Source: Octopus bimaculoides (Eukaryota). Taken from it: a DNA stretch of 48,557 bases. The stretch covers positions 51,107,467-51,156,023 of the forward strand of contig NC_068987.1 in the NCBI RefSeq assembly GCF_001194135.2. The letters are read 5' to 3'. Within the stretch, counting starts at the first letter, position 1. Every line of letters begins with the position of its first letter. This document shows, piece after piece, positions 25,700-38,140 of the stretch. A program made the translations under genes and the position numbers. A model generated the notes under the pieces. The model was not told where the DNA came from, ran no database searches, and worked only from the letters and a program-made list of their open reading frames with translations.

Positions 25700-26730
25700 A
25701 ATAAAACAAAATAAATAAAACAAGCAAAAACAGTTGATTCGCTCACCTAAAACCCAAACTAATAGGGCATGTCATGTAAACTTGAGACATTGCAACAAAA
25801 GCATACAATGACTAAATGCATAGAGTGACATTCGTATTTGTCAAATGTGCCAAGTTAGCAGAAAAGAGAAGAAAATCAATTAAGATCACTAATGCCAAGC
25901 TATGTAGAGAAACATAAATCTACTAACAGTATGAAATTATTGAGGTAGGGAGAACAGACCACACATACACAAATTAAAGAAAAATTTAAGAAAAATATTA
26001 TAGATATATTAGTTTAATAATTAAAGAGAAGTAATTGCAAAAATGGTAACAGGCATGAATATTTTAGCCGTTCAAGTAAAGAATTATAATTATGACATCT
26101 TAATTAGATGCTAAATTAACAAGCAACAATAGATAGCGGAAAATAAGAGCAAGCAACCTAAAATCTGGCGCAAAAATGATTATATTTACCAGAAATACAA
26201 GGAAATATATACATTGAAATGAGAAAACTTACAAATAAAATATCTCGTTAGGGCTACGTAAGTATTGCTTAAAAATGACTACAAGATAATTGTTTTTCCT
26301 CTTTAAGGGAAGTAACAAATACAAAAGCAGGTGGAAATTTCAGACTACTCTAAAGATAAGTCTGAACCAACAACAGGCATTACAATAATGGTAAAATACC
26401 AGCTAAGACAATTATAAAGTGATGGCATGAAAACATGCTACATGGTCGATAATCGAAAAAATAAAAAAGAAACTAAGAAAACAGTAGCTGAGAAGCCAGT
26501 CTCACAACTGAGATTGATGGATTCTTGACTGCAGATCAAATACCACAGATCAGAAACCACTGAATACCTTTAATGAATGAGAATATATTAAGTAATTGCA
26601 GAATATGTGCCTGAGAACAGATTACACACAGCATCGTCCCTGGTTGCTTCGTCTTAGCTAAGGAAGAATATATCCATAAGCATGGCAGCGAGAAAGATTT
26701 CATATACTGCAATTTTTTTTTATGAGACAC
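25700..26730 (+). mobile_element. R4/Dong-type LINE remnant (post-RT region and CCHC knuckle)
   Basis: WHENMLHGR (26423), SLTTEIDGFLTADQ and CRICA*EQITHSIVPGCFVLAKEEYIHKHG (26597) match W..K.LHG..ETEGF..AQDQ..CR.C..ETI.HI..GC..LA..EY..RH. The 5' boundary is uncertain. Confidence 0.7.
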
Positions 26731-26980
26731 ATCAGAAGTAAAGCTTAAGATAATTCTGAATAACCATTGTCTGAAATAAGCCAGCTCACCAACAGGATAA
26801 TATGAAATAGGTAAAAAAATTTAACCTCGTAATAAATGATTCGTAAATAACAAAAGCAAATGAAAATACAGTGTCATTTTTAGGGTCGCGTTCAAGTGCT
26901 AAAACCATGTCATACAAATGAGTACAATGTAGAGGAAAAACGAATATACATATTAAATATAACGGCATCATTGATATATA

Positions 26981-27400
26981 AGCGCAGGTGTTACTGTGTT
27001 GTAAGAATCTTGCTTCCAAATAACATGATTCCGAGTTCAGTCTCACTGCGTTGCACTTTGAGTGAGTGTCTTCTAATATAGCCTCGGGCTGACCAAAGCT
27101 GTGCGAGTGGATTTGGTAGACAGAAACTGAGAGAAGCCCGTCGTATATATAAATATATACATGTATATACTTATGCGTGTTTCTTTGTGTCCTTGTCTCT
27201 CCTCCCACCATCACTTAACAAGCGATGATTGTGTGTTTACGTCTCCGTAAACCAGTAGTTTGGCAAAAGAGACCGATAAAGTAAATACTAGTCTTACAAA
27301 GAATAGGTCTGGGGTGATTTTTTCGACTAAAACCCATTGAGGTGATGCTCCCGCATGGCCGTAGTCAAATCACTGAAGCAAGTAAAAACATAAAAGAATA
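26981..27400 (+). mobile_element. Full-length tRNA-derived SINE (same family as 8519)
   Basis: Colinear with 8519-8976 from the agcgcagg head through gtcaaatcactgaagcaagtaaaa. Confidence 0.9.
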
Positions 27401-27408
27401 TATATATC

Positions 27409-27510
<102 letters not shown>

Positions 27511-28673
27511 TATAAAGTGGCCAACCTCTGTGTTCTCGACAGTTTATATCTACGAAAGGATGTTATGTCCCCATTAAATTAAAGAACGATAAAACAATAT
27601 TTAAAACTAAAATTCATATGAGAGCTCCAGAAACATAATAATGAGAGGAAGTAATAAAATTAGTTCACTGAAATGTACATCATCGAAGAATATTTAAAGT
27701 TTTAAAACCAATAAGAAAAATAACTATTAAATAATTGAGAGAACGGAGTAGACATGCAACAGTCTTCTGAAAGTTATTAAAGGAATAGAGATGGAACTGG
27801 AGAGGAACCTAATATAAATATTGTTAAAGTGTTCTTGAAATAAAATTAATTTTTTTTATTAATGAGTAGAATCAAGGTCGGAAGATTTGACCAGAAGCTC
27901 CTCTTTAAAGTCAGTTGCTGTTGTTGTTCATCCTCGAAGACTATTAATAAGTTACCTTAGTAACAATTTTTTCTTTATACCAGAAATGCTAGTTGGGTAA
28001 GTGCTGTATAGAACGTACGAATGAGCGAATTGTTATATTACTGTAATTCATGTATTCATAAAGTAATTGTTTACAATATGTCTGGAAATACTATATTGTC
28101 TTCCGATGCACCCTACCTGTACAACCAGATACGAAATATTTATCTCGTCTACACATATTTATAAATTGAAAAGTAGATAACGATTAGTGTCGACACTACG
28201 ACGGGAAAATTATCTTATCAATATTTTTGCCAGACAGAAAACTTAGATAATCTTAATAACATAGACGCTACAAAAAGCTTTCTTTATGAAATTACTTTCA
28301 TGTTTCATCTATTATGAAATGAAAGGAATATTGCTGTACTTTTTTTTTATTTTCATGAATCAATTATATTTGTCTTCTCATTACCATACTTCTCATCTCT
28401 AAATATATAATTGTTTACATGATAGTAATCATAATTAGAAAATATACATATTTTTGTTGTTATTTTTAGTAGTCTCACTTTGCGTGCTTTCAGTGCACTA
28501 TCGACCGAAATTCCGTGCGCCTTAGTTAAGTGTAATGCTTTGTTTTGGTCTTCAATTGTATATTGCATTGACAGTACATTACGTAATTTTGTTCTATTCT
28601 ATATGCTGCGCATATTTGGATGTTCTGAGAATCTTGTTATGTATATGTTTATATGCTTTTTCTGCAAAACACC

Positions 28674-28760
28674 TCTTCTTCTTCTTCTTCTTCTTCTTCT
28701 TCTTCTTCTTCTTCTTCTTCTTCTTCTTCTTCTTTCTGTTGTTGTTGTTGTTGTTGTTGT
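28674..28760. repeat. Compound (CTT)n(GTT)n microsatellite
   Basis: Directly visible; source of the poly-F/L/R ORFs. Confidence 0.95.
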
Positions 28761-28874
28761 TATATAAAAATTGCTTCTGTTTTGCCTCCCCATGTTCTGG
28801 TTATCTCCATTTCATATGTTTATATTTAGATACGGCCACCATTTTCTTTAGTTACGACGTATTGTGTGTGTTAA

Positions 28875-29058
28875 AGGAGACAAATTATATCATTAGCAGA
28901 CGAAATCGTCCTGCGGCGGTAGTAGCATTGCTAAATGCACATCTGATTCCTTGGGCTTCATCAGTAAGGCCAAAGTATCTACTGACAAAACGTGCATTTA
29001 GCAATGCCAACATCGATGATGGACGATTTTTGTCTCCTAATATTTTCGTCTCCTAATA
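28875..29058. repeat. Imperfect palindromic element
   Basis: Perfect 16-bp arms gcattgctaaatgcac (28925-28940) and gtgcatttagcaatgc (28992-29007). Outer arms gcagacgaaatcgtcc / ggacgatttttgtctcc. Confidence 0.8.
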
Positions 29059-31799
29059 TATATATATATATATATATATAGGTATAGGTGTCTATAAGTC
29101 AAATACTGTAGTTTATTACGCTTTCACCAATCTACCTACTTTGAGTATGATACACAAAATGCTAATTTAATCTACTACTGCTTTTGTGGCCCATAACGAA
29201 TTCTGTTCAGGTCGTTAGCTAACGGCGACATCAGTGATTTTGCAATCTCTGTTTTGCAATATCAATGGCGGCTGAACTTGTCTTAAATATTTGCCACTGA
29301 TGAAGCGAAGAGAGTCAGAATTACGCATTTACCAAAGCTACTAGCGCTTCTCGATGAATTTCCTCTGCTACTGATATATATTGGGGCTTTTTACATCTGT
29401 TAATACTATCGCGACACATTATCGCGTTAATTAGTCTTTCTATGATGTACATGCTTTAAGTACGATACACAGCTTGCTATTTTAAATTAATATTTCTTCT
29501 GTCGCTTACAACGAATATAAATGTATGTGTGTGTCTGTGCATGTTTGTGTACTTACGACAACTGCTTGACACCCAATGTCGTTTTGTTGAAGTCTCCTAA
29601 CATAGCGCTTCAGTAAAAGTAGCAGTTTCGCTTGCCGTTTTGTTTTATTTTGTTTTGGTGTTTTGAAATACATAATTTATACCACAATTATTAATTGGTT
29701 TCTATAAATTTCTACATAGGCTAGGAGCCAGTCCTTCTAAGATGTCAGGCTATGTTTCCAATAAGATGTCCTTTCAACAAACAAATGTACATATAAGAAT
29801 GTATTAAAATTTACTATACTCATTAAAATTGGTGTAAATGAGAAGTGTTTTAATCTGAATAAATGTAATGCGATAGACCTCGATAGACGTAATCTAGTTA
29901 ATGATATTGGTCTGCTCATTAAATTTTAAGCAAAACAGAAGGTTCATTGTGGAATCCTCTCTTATTAGTGCACCTAAAACAAGTCATTGTCGCCACCGAG
30001 ACTATTCAATATTACGTCTTTTTTTTTTTAATTACACACATGTACAACTAAAACTTCCAATTAATACAAAAGGTAAATTTGACAAGAAACTATAGAAAAT
30101 GAACTCATTAAATCAATCACTACCAATAACGTACTAGTCATATTCAGTAAATCCAATAAGGCATGCGATTTCACAAAAGAAAAGAAAAATGAAATACAGT
30201 GAAAAACCTTTCAATTAAACAAGGAAAGGTCATTTAATAAAACTTTAATTTGAACAAACCACAGGAAGGAAAATCAACAAGAAATGATAATACGAACGTG
30301 TGCCACTATGATTCAAGACCAAGTAAAAATTCTTCAGTTCTCTGCAAGCTTCATATTTCATTCACTAATTGAAGATTTTCAGAGAAAGAAGGATAACTTT
30401 AAAAAAAAGCAACAAAAACGTTCACACCAATCTAGAGATAACTAAATTAATCGAGATGCATTTAGAGCCCTATCTAAGAGAATTTCTCGTAAAGTAAGGT
30501 AAGATGCTTTTACTTTTTATTACAAGCAAATGGATAAATTGTCAAATCAGACTCTGTTCTAGGAATATCAGTAGAATTGTAAATCAATTACGAATTCTTA
30601 GAAAAACTTTAATATAATGTTTCACGCCGAATTTTTAAGTTATGTTTGAAAACACCACAATCCCAATAGTACGTTATTGTCATTTCATTTAGTGAGTATG
30701 AGTAAAGTGATTTGTAACAAAAGCATTACGAGCAAAGAAAGTGATAAAAACAATGCTTTCGTTGTCCTGAACACTTAAGATTTCGCAAATAAGAGCCTAA
30801 ATGGATTTAAAGATAGAACTGAATTTAGGTAGACACCAGCTTAAAACAAAAAAGCTATTAAATTATTGAGAAGCAGCAATGCGATTAGCGATACTTCTTC
30901 CCTCTGAATGGGATAGAAGCCGAAAATTGTTATGCGTGCATACACGGAAAGCTTACGACTAATAAAAAAATAACATTTTCAGACCCATTAAATTGCAAGT
31001 ATACATACTCATCTAGAACATTGAGATAAAAACAATGGTAAAATCCGTAGATACTATTTATTAGCCAAGGATAAAGTGAATCTGTATGGATAATAGAAAG
31101 AAATACACTGATGAATTAAAATTCATACTTTCTCAGCACCTTAACAACTAAGTACTCGAATCCATGGCACTTTTAGAAGCCTCCTTTATACGTGATACCT
31201 TGATTACAATCTCCTAACTCATTACTAAACGTTCCCTTTGTTATTCAGATATATCTATTTATTTAACAAATGTCGAAATAGTTCCTATTATCAGAGATAT
31301 GTATCAATGTTTTCTTCTCTTGAATAGGTAGGAAAACGCGTGTAAACCTGATTACAAGTAGAAGCCTAGTGGACGACATTCACTTTTTGGCCTTGCCAAA
31401 TTTTCGGAAGTGGGGTTGGAAAACTACTTTTCTTAGTTCTTCTTTAGGTACGTTTAACTCTTATCCAATTTAAATAATGAAAGTTTTAGGCAAAATCTGG
31501 CTTCCTGTATACTCGTAATTGGTGAAAAGCCCGATATTTTTATCAAAGAAAATCGAGAATATGTTATTCCGGCATAATTACATGTCATTTATAGCTTAAG
31601 TAAAATATATTTTAGCAACGAAATAATAGTAATGTTATGACACTTATGCTTTCTCAAAGTTAAACTTTCAACTACGACATTTAACCATGCGAAGCAATTA
31701 ACTTGTACGAGCTTACACTTGACTTTTCGATACTAATTAGGCAAAGAAATGCTACAGTGATTAAATAAAGCTCTCAATTATGTACTGCTTCCACATCTG

Positions 31800-32200
31800 T
31801 AATAATGCTGAAGATACCTGACATCTTAGATCGCAACTAGAAAAGTGCCTCTCAGTAGATTGCACCCTCCACAAACGGTCATACGCCAACCTTTGATCGA
31901 CGACCATACTGTCTCTTCTTCCCACATTTTCTAACAATGCTACCTAATAAAATGCACTCCATAGCTGTCGGATGTCTTTCCTTCAACAGCCAGGAACCTC
32001 CAAAATCTCCTGTTCTTGGTGTGTCGAATCCCCTTTCATTACATCATCAACTATACACAATCCTCCCTCCCTCAACACTGGTGCTGTAGAATACCCTGCC
32101 TTTGGCATCTCTTTCTTTCATATATTGACTTACAACAGTTTAAATGGAACATTAACAGAGAATGTTCATGGTTTCCGCTCCTTTTTATCTTGGCTCTACA
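31800..32200 (+). mobile_element. Degenerate CR1/L2-group LINE 3' end
   Basis: ILDRN*KSA...YTQSSLP...SYIDLQQFKWNINR resembles the LDR.Q..A...Y..SF.P....YDL..FK..VNR terminal consensus. Confidence 0.5.
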
Positions 32201-33109
32201 AGTAGAAGCTTACAATGTAGCTCGGTGTTCGTCAATGAAAATAATCTATTTTTGTTTTTAAATTGAGTTAAAATATTAGCAGAGTAAACCGACATTACTA
32301 CAATGTGAACCCGCATAAATTCCTTGTCAGTAGTTTAGAAATGGTTCTCCTGAGTCTAGCACTCTGGTAACTATTATAACATTATTCTTTTTGATTCTAA
32401 CATCTGCATATGCTACTGTATTTTCTAATAGAACACTTTAACAGTAAAGTAAATATTTGATGCTAAAGTAGAAAATATAATACGGAAATCTATCGACAAA
32501 GCCACTTTTATAGCTTCCTTTCCAACTGAATCTTTGGCAGCGGAAATCGAATCAGGAAATTCACAATCTTTTTCTATAGAAAAAGAAATTCTCGATTAAT
32601 TGATCGAACTAGTCTGTTCACTTAACTTATCAAAAGCTACAACTTATCTAGGGAAAATATTTATCAGATACTATTTGATCACCGATTTTAGATATCCAAT
32701 GTTTGTTCGTTGTGAGATAATGCTTCTTTTACGGCATGAAACAGAAAACTAAAGTACGTTAATCGAAAAACAAGTTTCAATAAATACTATACACTTAAAA
32801 AAATCACAAAAAAAAACAAAAAAAAAACAATGTTATATACTAAATCTGAATGGTAACGAATGAGAATGTTATGGAAATATACGAGTGAATATATTTCTAC
32901 GTTTGAAACTTCAAGGTTCAGTTAGTGCTAATAGATTTTAATATTTTACTCAAGGATGTTATCAAACATAGACTCTTCTTTATGTATATAATTAATATTC
33001 GATAATTTAATATTTTTGTGTGAAGTTTTGTTATCGTTTTTGTACACGACCAATTATCTCGTTAATTACTTATTATAGGTCATAGATCGTTTTTGTACAA
33101 GTACTGTCA

Positions 33110-33220
33110 TGCTTATGTAGTTCATAAGTTCTCTGCTCAAGCGTAGGCCCATATGTATGTCTTTTAGGTTCAGTCCTGTTGCGGAGCATCTCGCGCAAGT
33201 GAATTCCACTACTGCAGTTG

Positions 33221-33251
<31 letters not shown>

Positions 33252-33455
33252 TATATCTACAAGTGTGTGTATTTGCCATATTATATGCATGTACGCAATA
33301 GCATTAAGTTTTGGTTTATTTACGCTCCCATAACTTAACAGTTTGGCATAAGTGACTGATAGAATAAGTACCAAAAATAAAATGCAGTTATACTGAAAAC
33401 ACTTCAAAGGGGTGTGCAGTATGGATGCAATCTCATGACTGCAACAAGTAAAAGG
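33110..33455 (+). mobile_element. Diverged SINE copy (8519 family)
   Basis: aggttcagtcctgttgcg head, tttacgctcccataacttaacagtttggca..gatagaataagtacc body and atgactgcaacaagtaaaagg tail. Confidence 0.65.
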
Positions 33456-33936
33456 ACACTTTAAAAACAGATATATGTGTTGCTCGCGTCATGCAAAAAC
33501 TCTTCAATATGGTTACTATATTTGGCAAGAAACCAAACGAAAACCGTGGTCTCGCCTCACCAAAACATATTTCTTTATCAACGAAGCTCTCTGCATTTTC
33601 AGTCTTATATTTCTAACATAAATCACAAAGACCCTTTATAGACCTTTAGACGGATAGAAGGCAAGGTTCGTCTGTTGGTTATTTAAAATCTGAACAGAAA
33701 ATTACGTAAATAAACACGAGCTTTTTATTTTAAATGAGTTGTTTACGGAAAGTTCAGAATTGTATGTCTTATGTCATTAGTTATACAAATGAAATGGCGT
33801 CAACAGGGTATTGAAACTGGGACCTAATCTCGGTTTGGCGGGATATGATGTCTTGTGTTATTATCATCCATATATTTTTCTACTTAATGCCGAATCTTAT
33901 ATTCTGTTATGTATAATTATGAGTTATAACGAAAAA

Positions 33937-35345
33937 CGGGATCTTTTCCCTTTGGCCGGCACATAGAAAAAAAAATTGTAACTAAACACTTTCAAATTCT
34001 GTATACTGGTAGAATATGTCATTTAAACATGATTTACTCTTGGTATTTTAAATAAAATTGTTTATTTTCGAAGTTATTTCCTGTTAATGTTGTCGTATTT
34101 CGGTAATTGCAACCAATCAATGATGTCTATTGAGGTGAAAACAATTACTACTGTTGTTTATCAACAACAACTTCCGGCGGTGTATATTTCGTTTGTCACT
34201 GTTATTTCTCATACATTTACATTTGAGATACACGCGTGTATAGTTTAATCAATGCAGTTATTAGTTATTAAAAAAAAAATTCAGTTCATTTTGTTTGTGG
34301 AAGTATTTTCACTTTTTTTTAGCGTTTTCGAAATTGCCTATTTTGGGATCTTTTCCCTTGAATAAAATTACTGCCGTTGTTTGTCAACAACAACTATCGG
34401 CGGTATATATTTCGTTTGTCANNNNNNNNNNTTTACATTTGAGATACACGCGTGTATAGTTTAATCAATGCAGTTATTAGTTATTAAAAAAAAAATTCAG
34501 TTCATTTTGTTTGTGGAAGTATTTTCACTTTTTTTTAGCGTTTTCGAAATTGCCTATTTTGGGATCTTTTCCCTTGAATAAAATTACTGCCGTTGTTTGT
34601 CAACAACAACTATCGGCGGTATATATTTCGTTTGTCACTGTTATTTATGACATCGTTCGTGCGTTTGTACTGGTTTTAGCTTTGGGGTTTTAGGGTTAGG
34701 GTCGGGGTTTTAGAGTTAGGGTTAGGGCTTTAGGGTCAGGGTTAGGGTTTTAGGTTCGGGATAGGGTTTTAGCGTTAGAGTTAGGGTTTTAGGGTTAGGT
34801 TAGGGTTTTAGGATTAGGGTAAGGGTTTTAGAGTTAGGGTTAGGGTTAGAGTTGGGATTCCAGGGTTAGAGTTGGGATTTTAGGGTTAGAGTTACGGAAA
34901 TATGGGAAAAATGAAGAAATTGTAGTGGGAGGAGGCAAAAATGTCTTTCCGAAAATAGTAGCTGAAAAAACATTAACCTAACCCTAAAACACTAACCCTA
35001 ATTCTAAAACCCTATCCATAACCCTAACCTTAAAACCCCAAAGCTAAAACCAGTACAAACGCACGAAAAATGTCATAAATAACAGTGACAAACGAAATAT
35101 ATACCGCCGGAAGTTGTTGTTGACAAACAACAGCAGTAATTGTTTTCACATCAATAGACGTCATTGATTGGTTGAAATTACAGAAATACGACAACTTTAA
35201 CACAAAATAACTTCGACATTACGCAATTTTCTCAAAAACGCCAAGAGTAAATGATGTTTTATGTGACACATTCTGCCAGTATACAAATTTTGAAAGTTAC
35301 AAAAAATTATTTTTGAAATCTGCCGGCCAAAGGGAAAAGATCCCG
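33937..35345. mobile_element. Fold-back/MITE-like element with long TIRs and internal telomere-like arrays
   Basis: Termini cgggatcttttccctttggccggca / tgccggccaaagggaaaagatcccg; arms ~33937-34205 and ~35080-35345 are complementary; AAAAA flanks both ends; no ORF. Confidence 0.85.
34682..34895 (+). repeat. Degenerate interstitial (TTAGGG)n-like array
   Basis: ttagggttaggg/ttttaggg/ttagag variants; an opposed CCCTAA-like array lies at ~34975-35040. Confidence 0.9.
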
Positions 35346-36809
35346 AAAAATGTATTATCCCTGTTTAATAACGTTTTCTTTCAACAGAAAATATAAACGT
35401 TAATTAGTTTCCTCTATAAAATGCTTAATACTTCGGAAAGAAGCACATATTAGTATGAGTTTTTTCGGACTTTTACAACCCATTCAAACTGATGATCTTG
35501 CGCAAACACATTTGTAAAAATATGCATTGTATTCTTATTTTTCAATGTGTCTCAATTTTTTTCTTCTGGTCAGATTGCACTTAATCCTAGCCATGCACAC
35601 CTCTGTATGTGATATCAGCTGTCACCCTTCTCTTATCTTCCTCACATAGCTGTCAACGTCACATAATGTAGACCTACTACCTTTTTTTAAAATTCTATGA
35701 TGGGAAAATTGTGAACATCCGTCAGCGAGTGTCGTTTCAAACTAAACGAAATCATAAAGCAGACTATCAATATGCAGAAAAAGAAAATAGTTCTACTTCA
35801 GATAGTACGAAAGAAAACCTTCAAACAATAACAGCACGTAACTAAAATCTTTCATAGTAGCTACTGAATTTTGATTGCGCGATGAATGTTGAGATTTCTT
35901 GGAGACTTCGCATAGATTCATTATAAAACTGTATCGAAAAAGGTTTTGCTTCTTTTTCAGAGTAAAGATGACAGGAGCATCCATGTTCTCCTTAGGCTGC
36001 TGGAAATGAAAGCCACGTTTTCCACAAATTACACCCTATTCCCTTTAAAAACAATACATAAAATATTGTAGTCTCTGATATAACCAACAACTCATTATTA
36101 CTGTCAATGTTCACCATTGGAAAACGACAAATTTCATAAAGAGACATGCTGTAACCACTAAGTTATGGATCTGCTGTATCTTCTCTATAACCGTTCTACT
36201 GCTATTATAACTCTCTCTCCTTATTCTGAAATACTAAACTGCATGCTTCACCGTCCAGGTCCACTCAGTATAATATCATTCTTCTGTGATGGTCCCATTT
36301 AAATCACTTTACACGATACTACATCCTGAGATCAGCAGGATTCTTGAAATTTACTCACCGCCCACGTTTTATTCAGATCTCCACGACAGGAATTCAAGGT
36401 GAATATCAACAGCCACAGTTTTGATAGTACTTGAACGAATATGACGGCTATTCAACCTCTTTGAATATGCAACAGAGAAAATATCTTCACACTTCGTGTC
36501 ATGTTGTTGCTTACAGGAAATGGTTGATTGGGGCTAATTTAATCACTGTGATGAGAACGGGTACTCTGTACTCTTGGTTGGGCTTGCTATCAACACCAGC
36601 TTAATCTACTTCAAAATACACCTTGGATACCTTGTATAGCATAATCCACTCCACTTTTACCAATTAAAGAGATGAGACAGTCGCAAGTAGAATAATTTAA
36701 ACTATAAGCACGTGCAATTGGTTGACTACCCTGAAGAATATCAGCTCCAACACCAAAATCACGACTACATAAATACCACCACCATCAATACCACCCCTAC
36801 AACGGCACT

Positions 36810-36880
36810 GGCACACCACCACCACCACCACCACCACCACCACCACCACCACCACTATTACTACTACTACTACTACTACT
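36810..36880. repeat. Compound (CAC)n(TAC)n microsatellite
   Basis: Directly visible. Confidence 0.95.
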
Positions 36881-36984
36881 GACGCTGCCGAAGCTGTTGC
36901 TGCTGTTTAATTCTGCTACCACTTCTGCTGGTATTGTTACTGATGTTACGAATTATGGATATAATTACAATACTATTTCTCGAC

Positions 36985-37140
36985 GTCCGTCTTTATGTTC
37001 TGAGTCCAAATTCTGTTGTGGTCAACCTTGCCTTTCATCCTTTCGAGGTCCACGAAATAAATACCAGTCAAGCACAGGGTTCGATGTAATTGTCTACCCA
37101 CTTACCGGAAATTTCTGACCCTATAGTAGAAAGGATTTTT
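36985..37140 (+). mobile_element. SINE 3' part with Meta-domain-like centre
   Basis: gcctttcatcctttcgaggtccacgaaataaataccag resembles, from recall, the MetaSINE central domain. Followed by a (CTT)n/(ATT)n tail. Confidence 0.55.
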
Positions 37141-37234
37141 CTTCTTCTTCTTCTTCTTCTTCTTCTTCTTCTTCTTCTTCTTCTTCTTCTTCTTCTTCTT
37201 CTTCTTCTTCTCATTATTATTATTATTGCATTCT

Positions 37235-38066
37235 ATAGTGGGTTAGTGGAGGATAGCTGTGATGACGTCTTGTGGACGTTCTGGGCTTCAAAGAGAAACA
37301 ACTGACCGATATTTTCTGGATCACTTTCGGGCCGGGGCCAATGGATAACTTCCAGAAATCCCTGGCCTGGCAATGCTACCATAGAGTGTTGCCGGTTCGG
37401 GATAAACTCCGCAGACCCGGAAGTGCCATCAGTCGGAGCTGCCCGAGATATGCGCGGAGCGATTAAACCGTTCTGCACGCACTTGTCCAGTGTCCGACAA
37501 TTTCTGACGTGTGGGTTTATTTCGAGCAATTGCAGATCCGGGTATCAACCGAGTCTATTGTTAAGATGGCTCCACCCTCTTTCTTTGGTTGGGAAGGCTG
37601 GGTAGATTTCATCTGCCTGTTGGTCATGCCGAAAGAGGTCGTGTGATGGACAAGACTAAAAGGCTGAAGTTAGGCACTTTCCTCTCTGGCAAATCTCTGA
37701 CCGACTTTTTCAGGTTCCACTTGAAGAGTGGAGAGGGATGCGCTTCCTTCTAGCAAATTTATTAAAAGGAGGACGAGAGTGGTGAGCATTGTTCGTGTGA
37801 ACGGTCCTGCTCTGAGTATGCACTTCTGAGTGGAGTAAGTACTTGCCTAAGTGGTCAGAGAAACCATGATTTTCTGTGGGGTTTGCACGGTTTTCCCTCG
37901 GGAGTCCCAGTGCTTTTGGGTAATTGTATTTGTTTAATTTTTTGTTAATTTTAGTTATTGTTTATAAAGCTCTACATTTGTGCTTTTGCATTAGCGTCCC
38001 TCTATCTACTATGTGGGCCCATGTGGCCAACAAAGAAAACATTATTATTATTATTATTATCATTAC

Positions 38067-38126
<60 letters not shown>

Positions 38127-38140
38127 TATCATTATTATTA
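37235..38140 (+). mobile_element. 5'-truncated Tx1/L1-type LINE: ORF2 C-terminal CCHC region, 3' UTR and (ATT)n tail
   Basis: LAWQCYHRVLPVRDKLRRPGSAISRSCPRYARSD*TVLHALVQCPTISDVW matches W...H..LP....L.....CP.C....ET..H.L..CP....VW. GC-rich relative to flanks; ends ggccaacaaagaaaac(att)n. Confidence 0.85.

Noticed and set aside
29295-29335. CTGATGA motif
   Set aside because: No following stem II-GAAA arrangement, so not a hammerhead.
34216-34637. Exact 206-bp tandem duplication (34216-34421 = 34432-34637)
   Set aside because: The identical copies flank a 10-N gap, the typical signature of an unmerged contig overlap. Treated as an assembly artefact unless long reads show otherwise.
34682-35040. 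Ancestral telomere-telomere fusion site
   Set aside because: The arrays lie within the complementary arms of a TIR-bounded element, so element structure explains them more simply.
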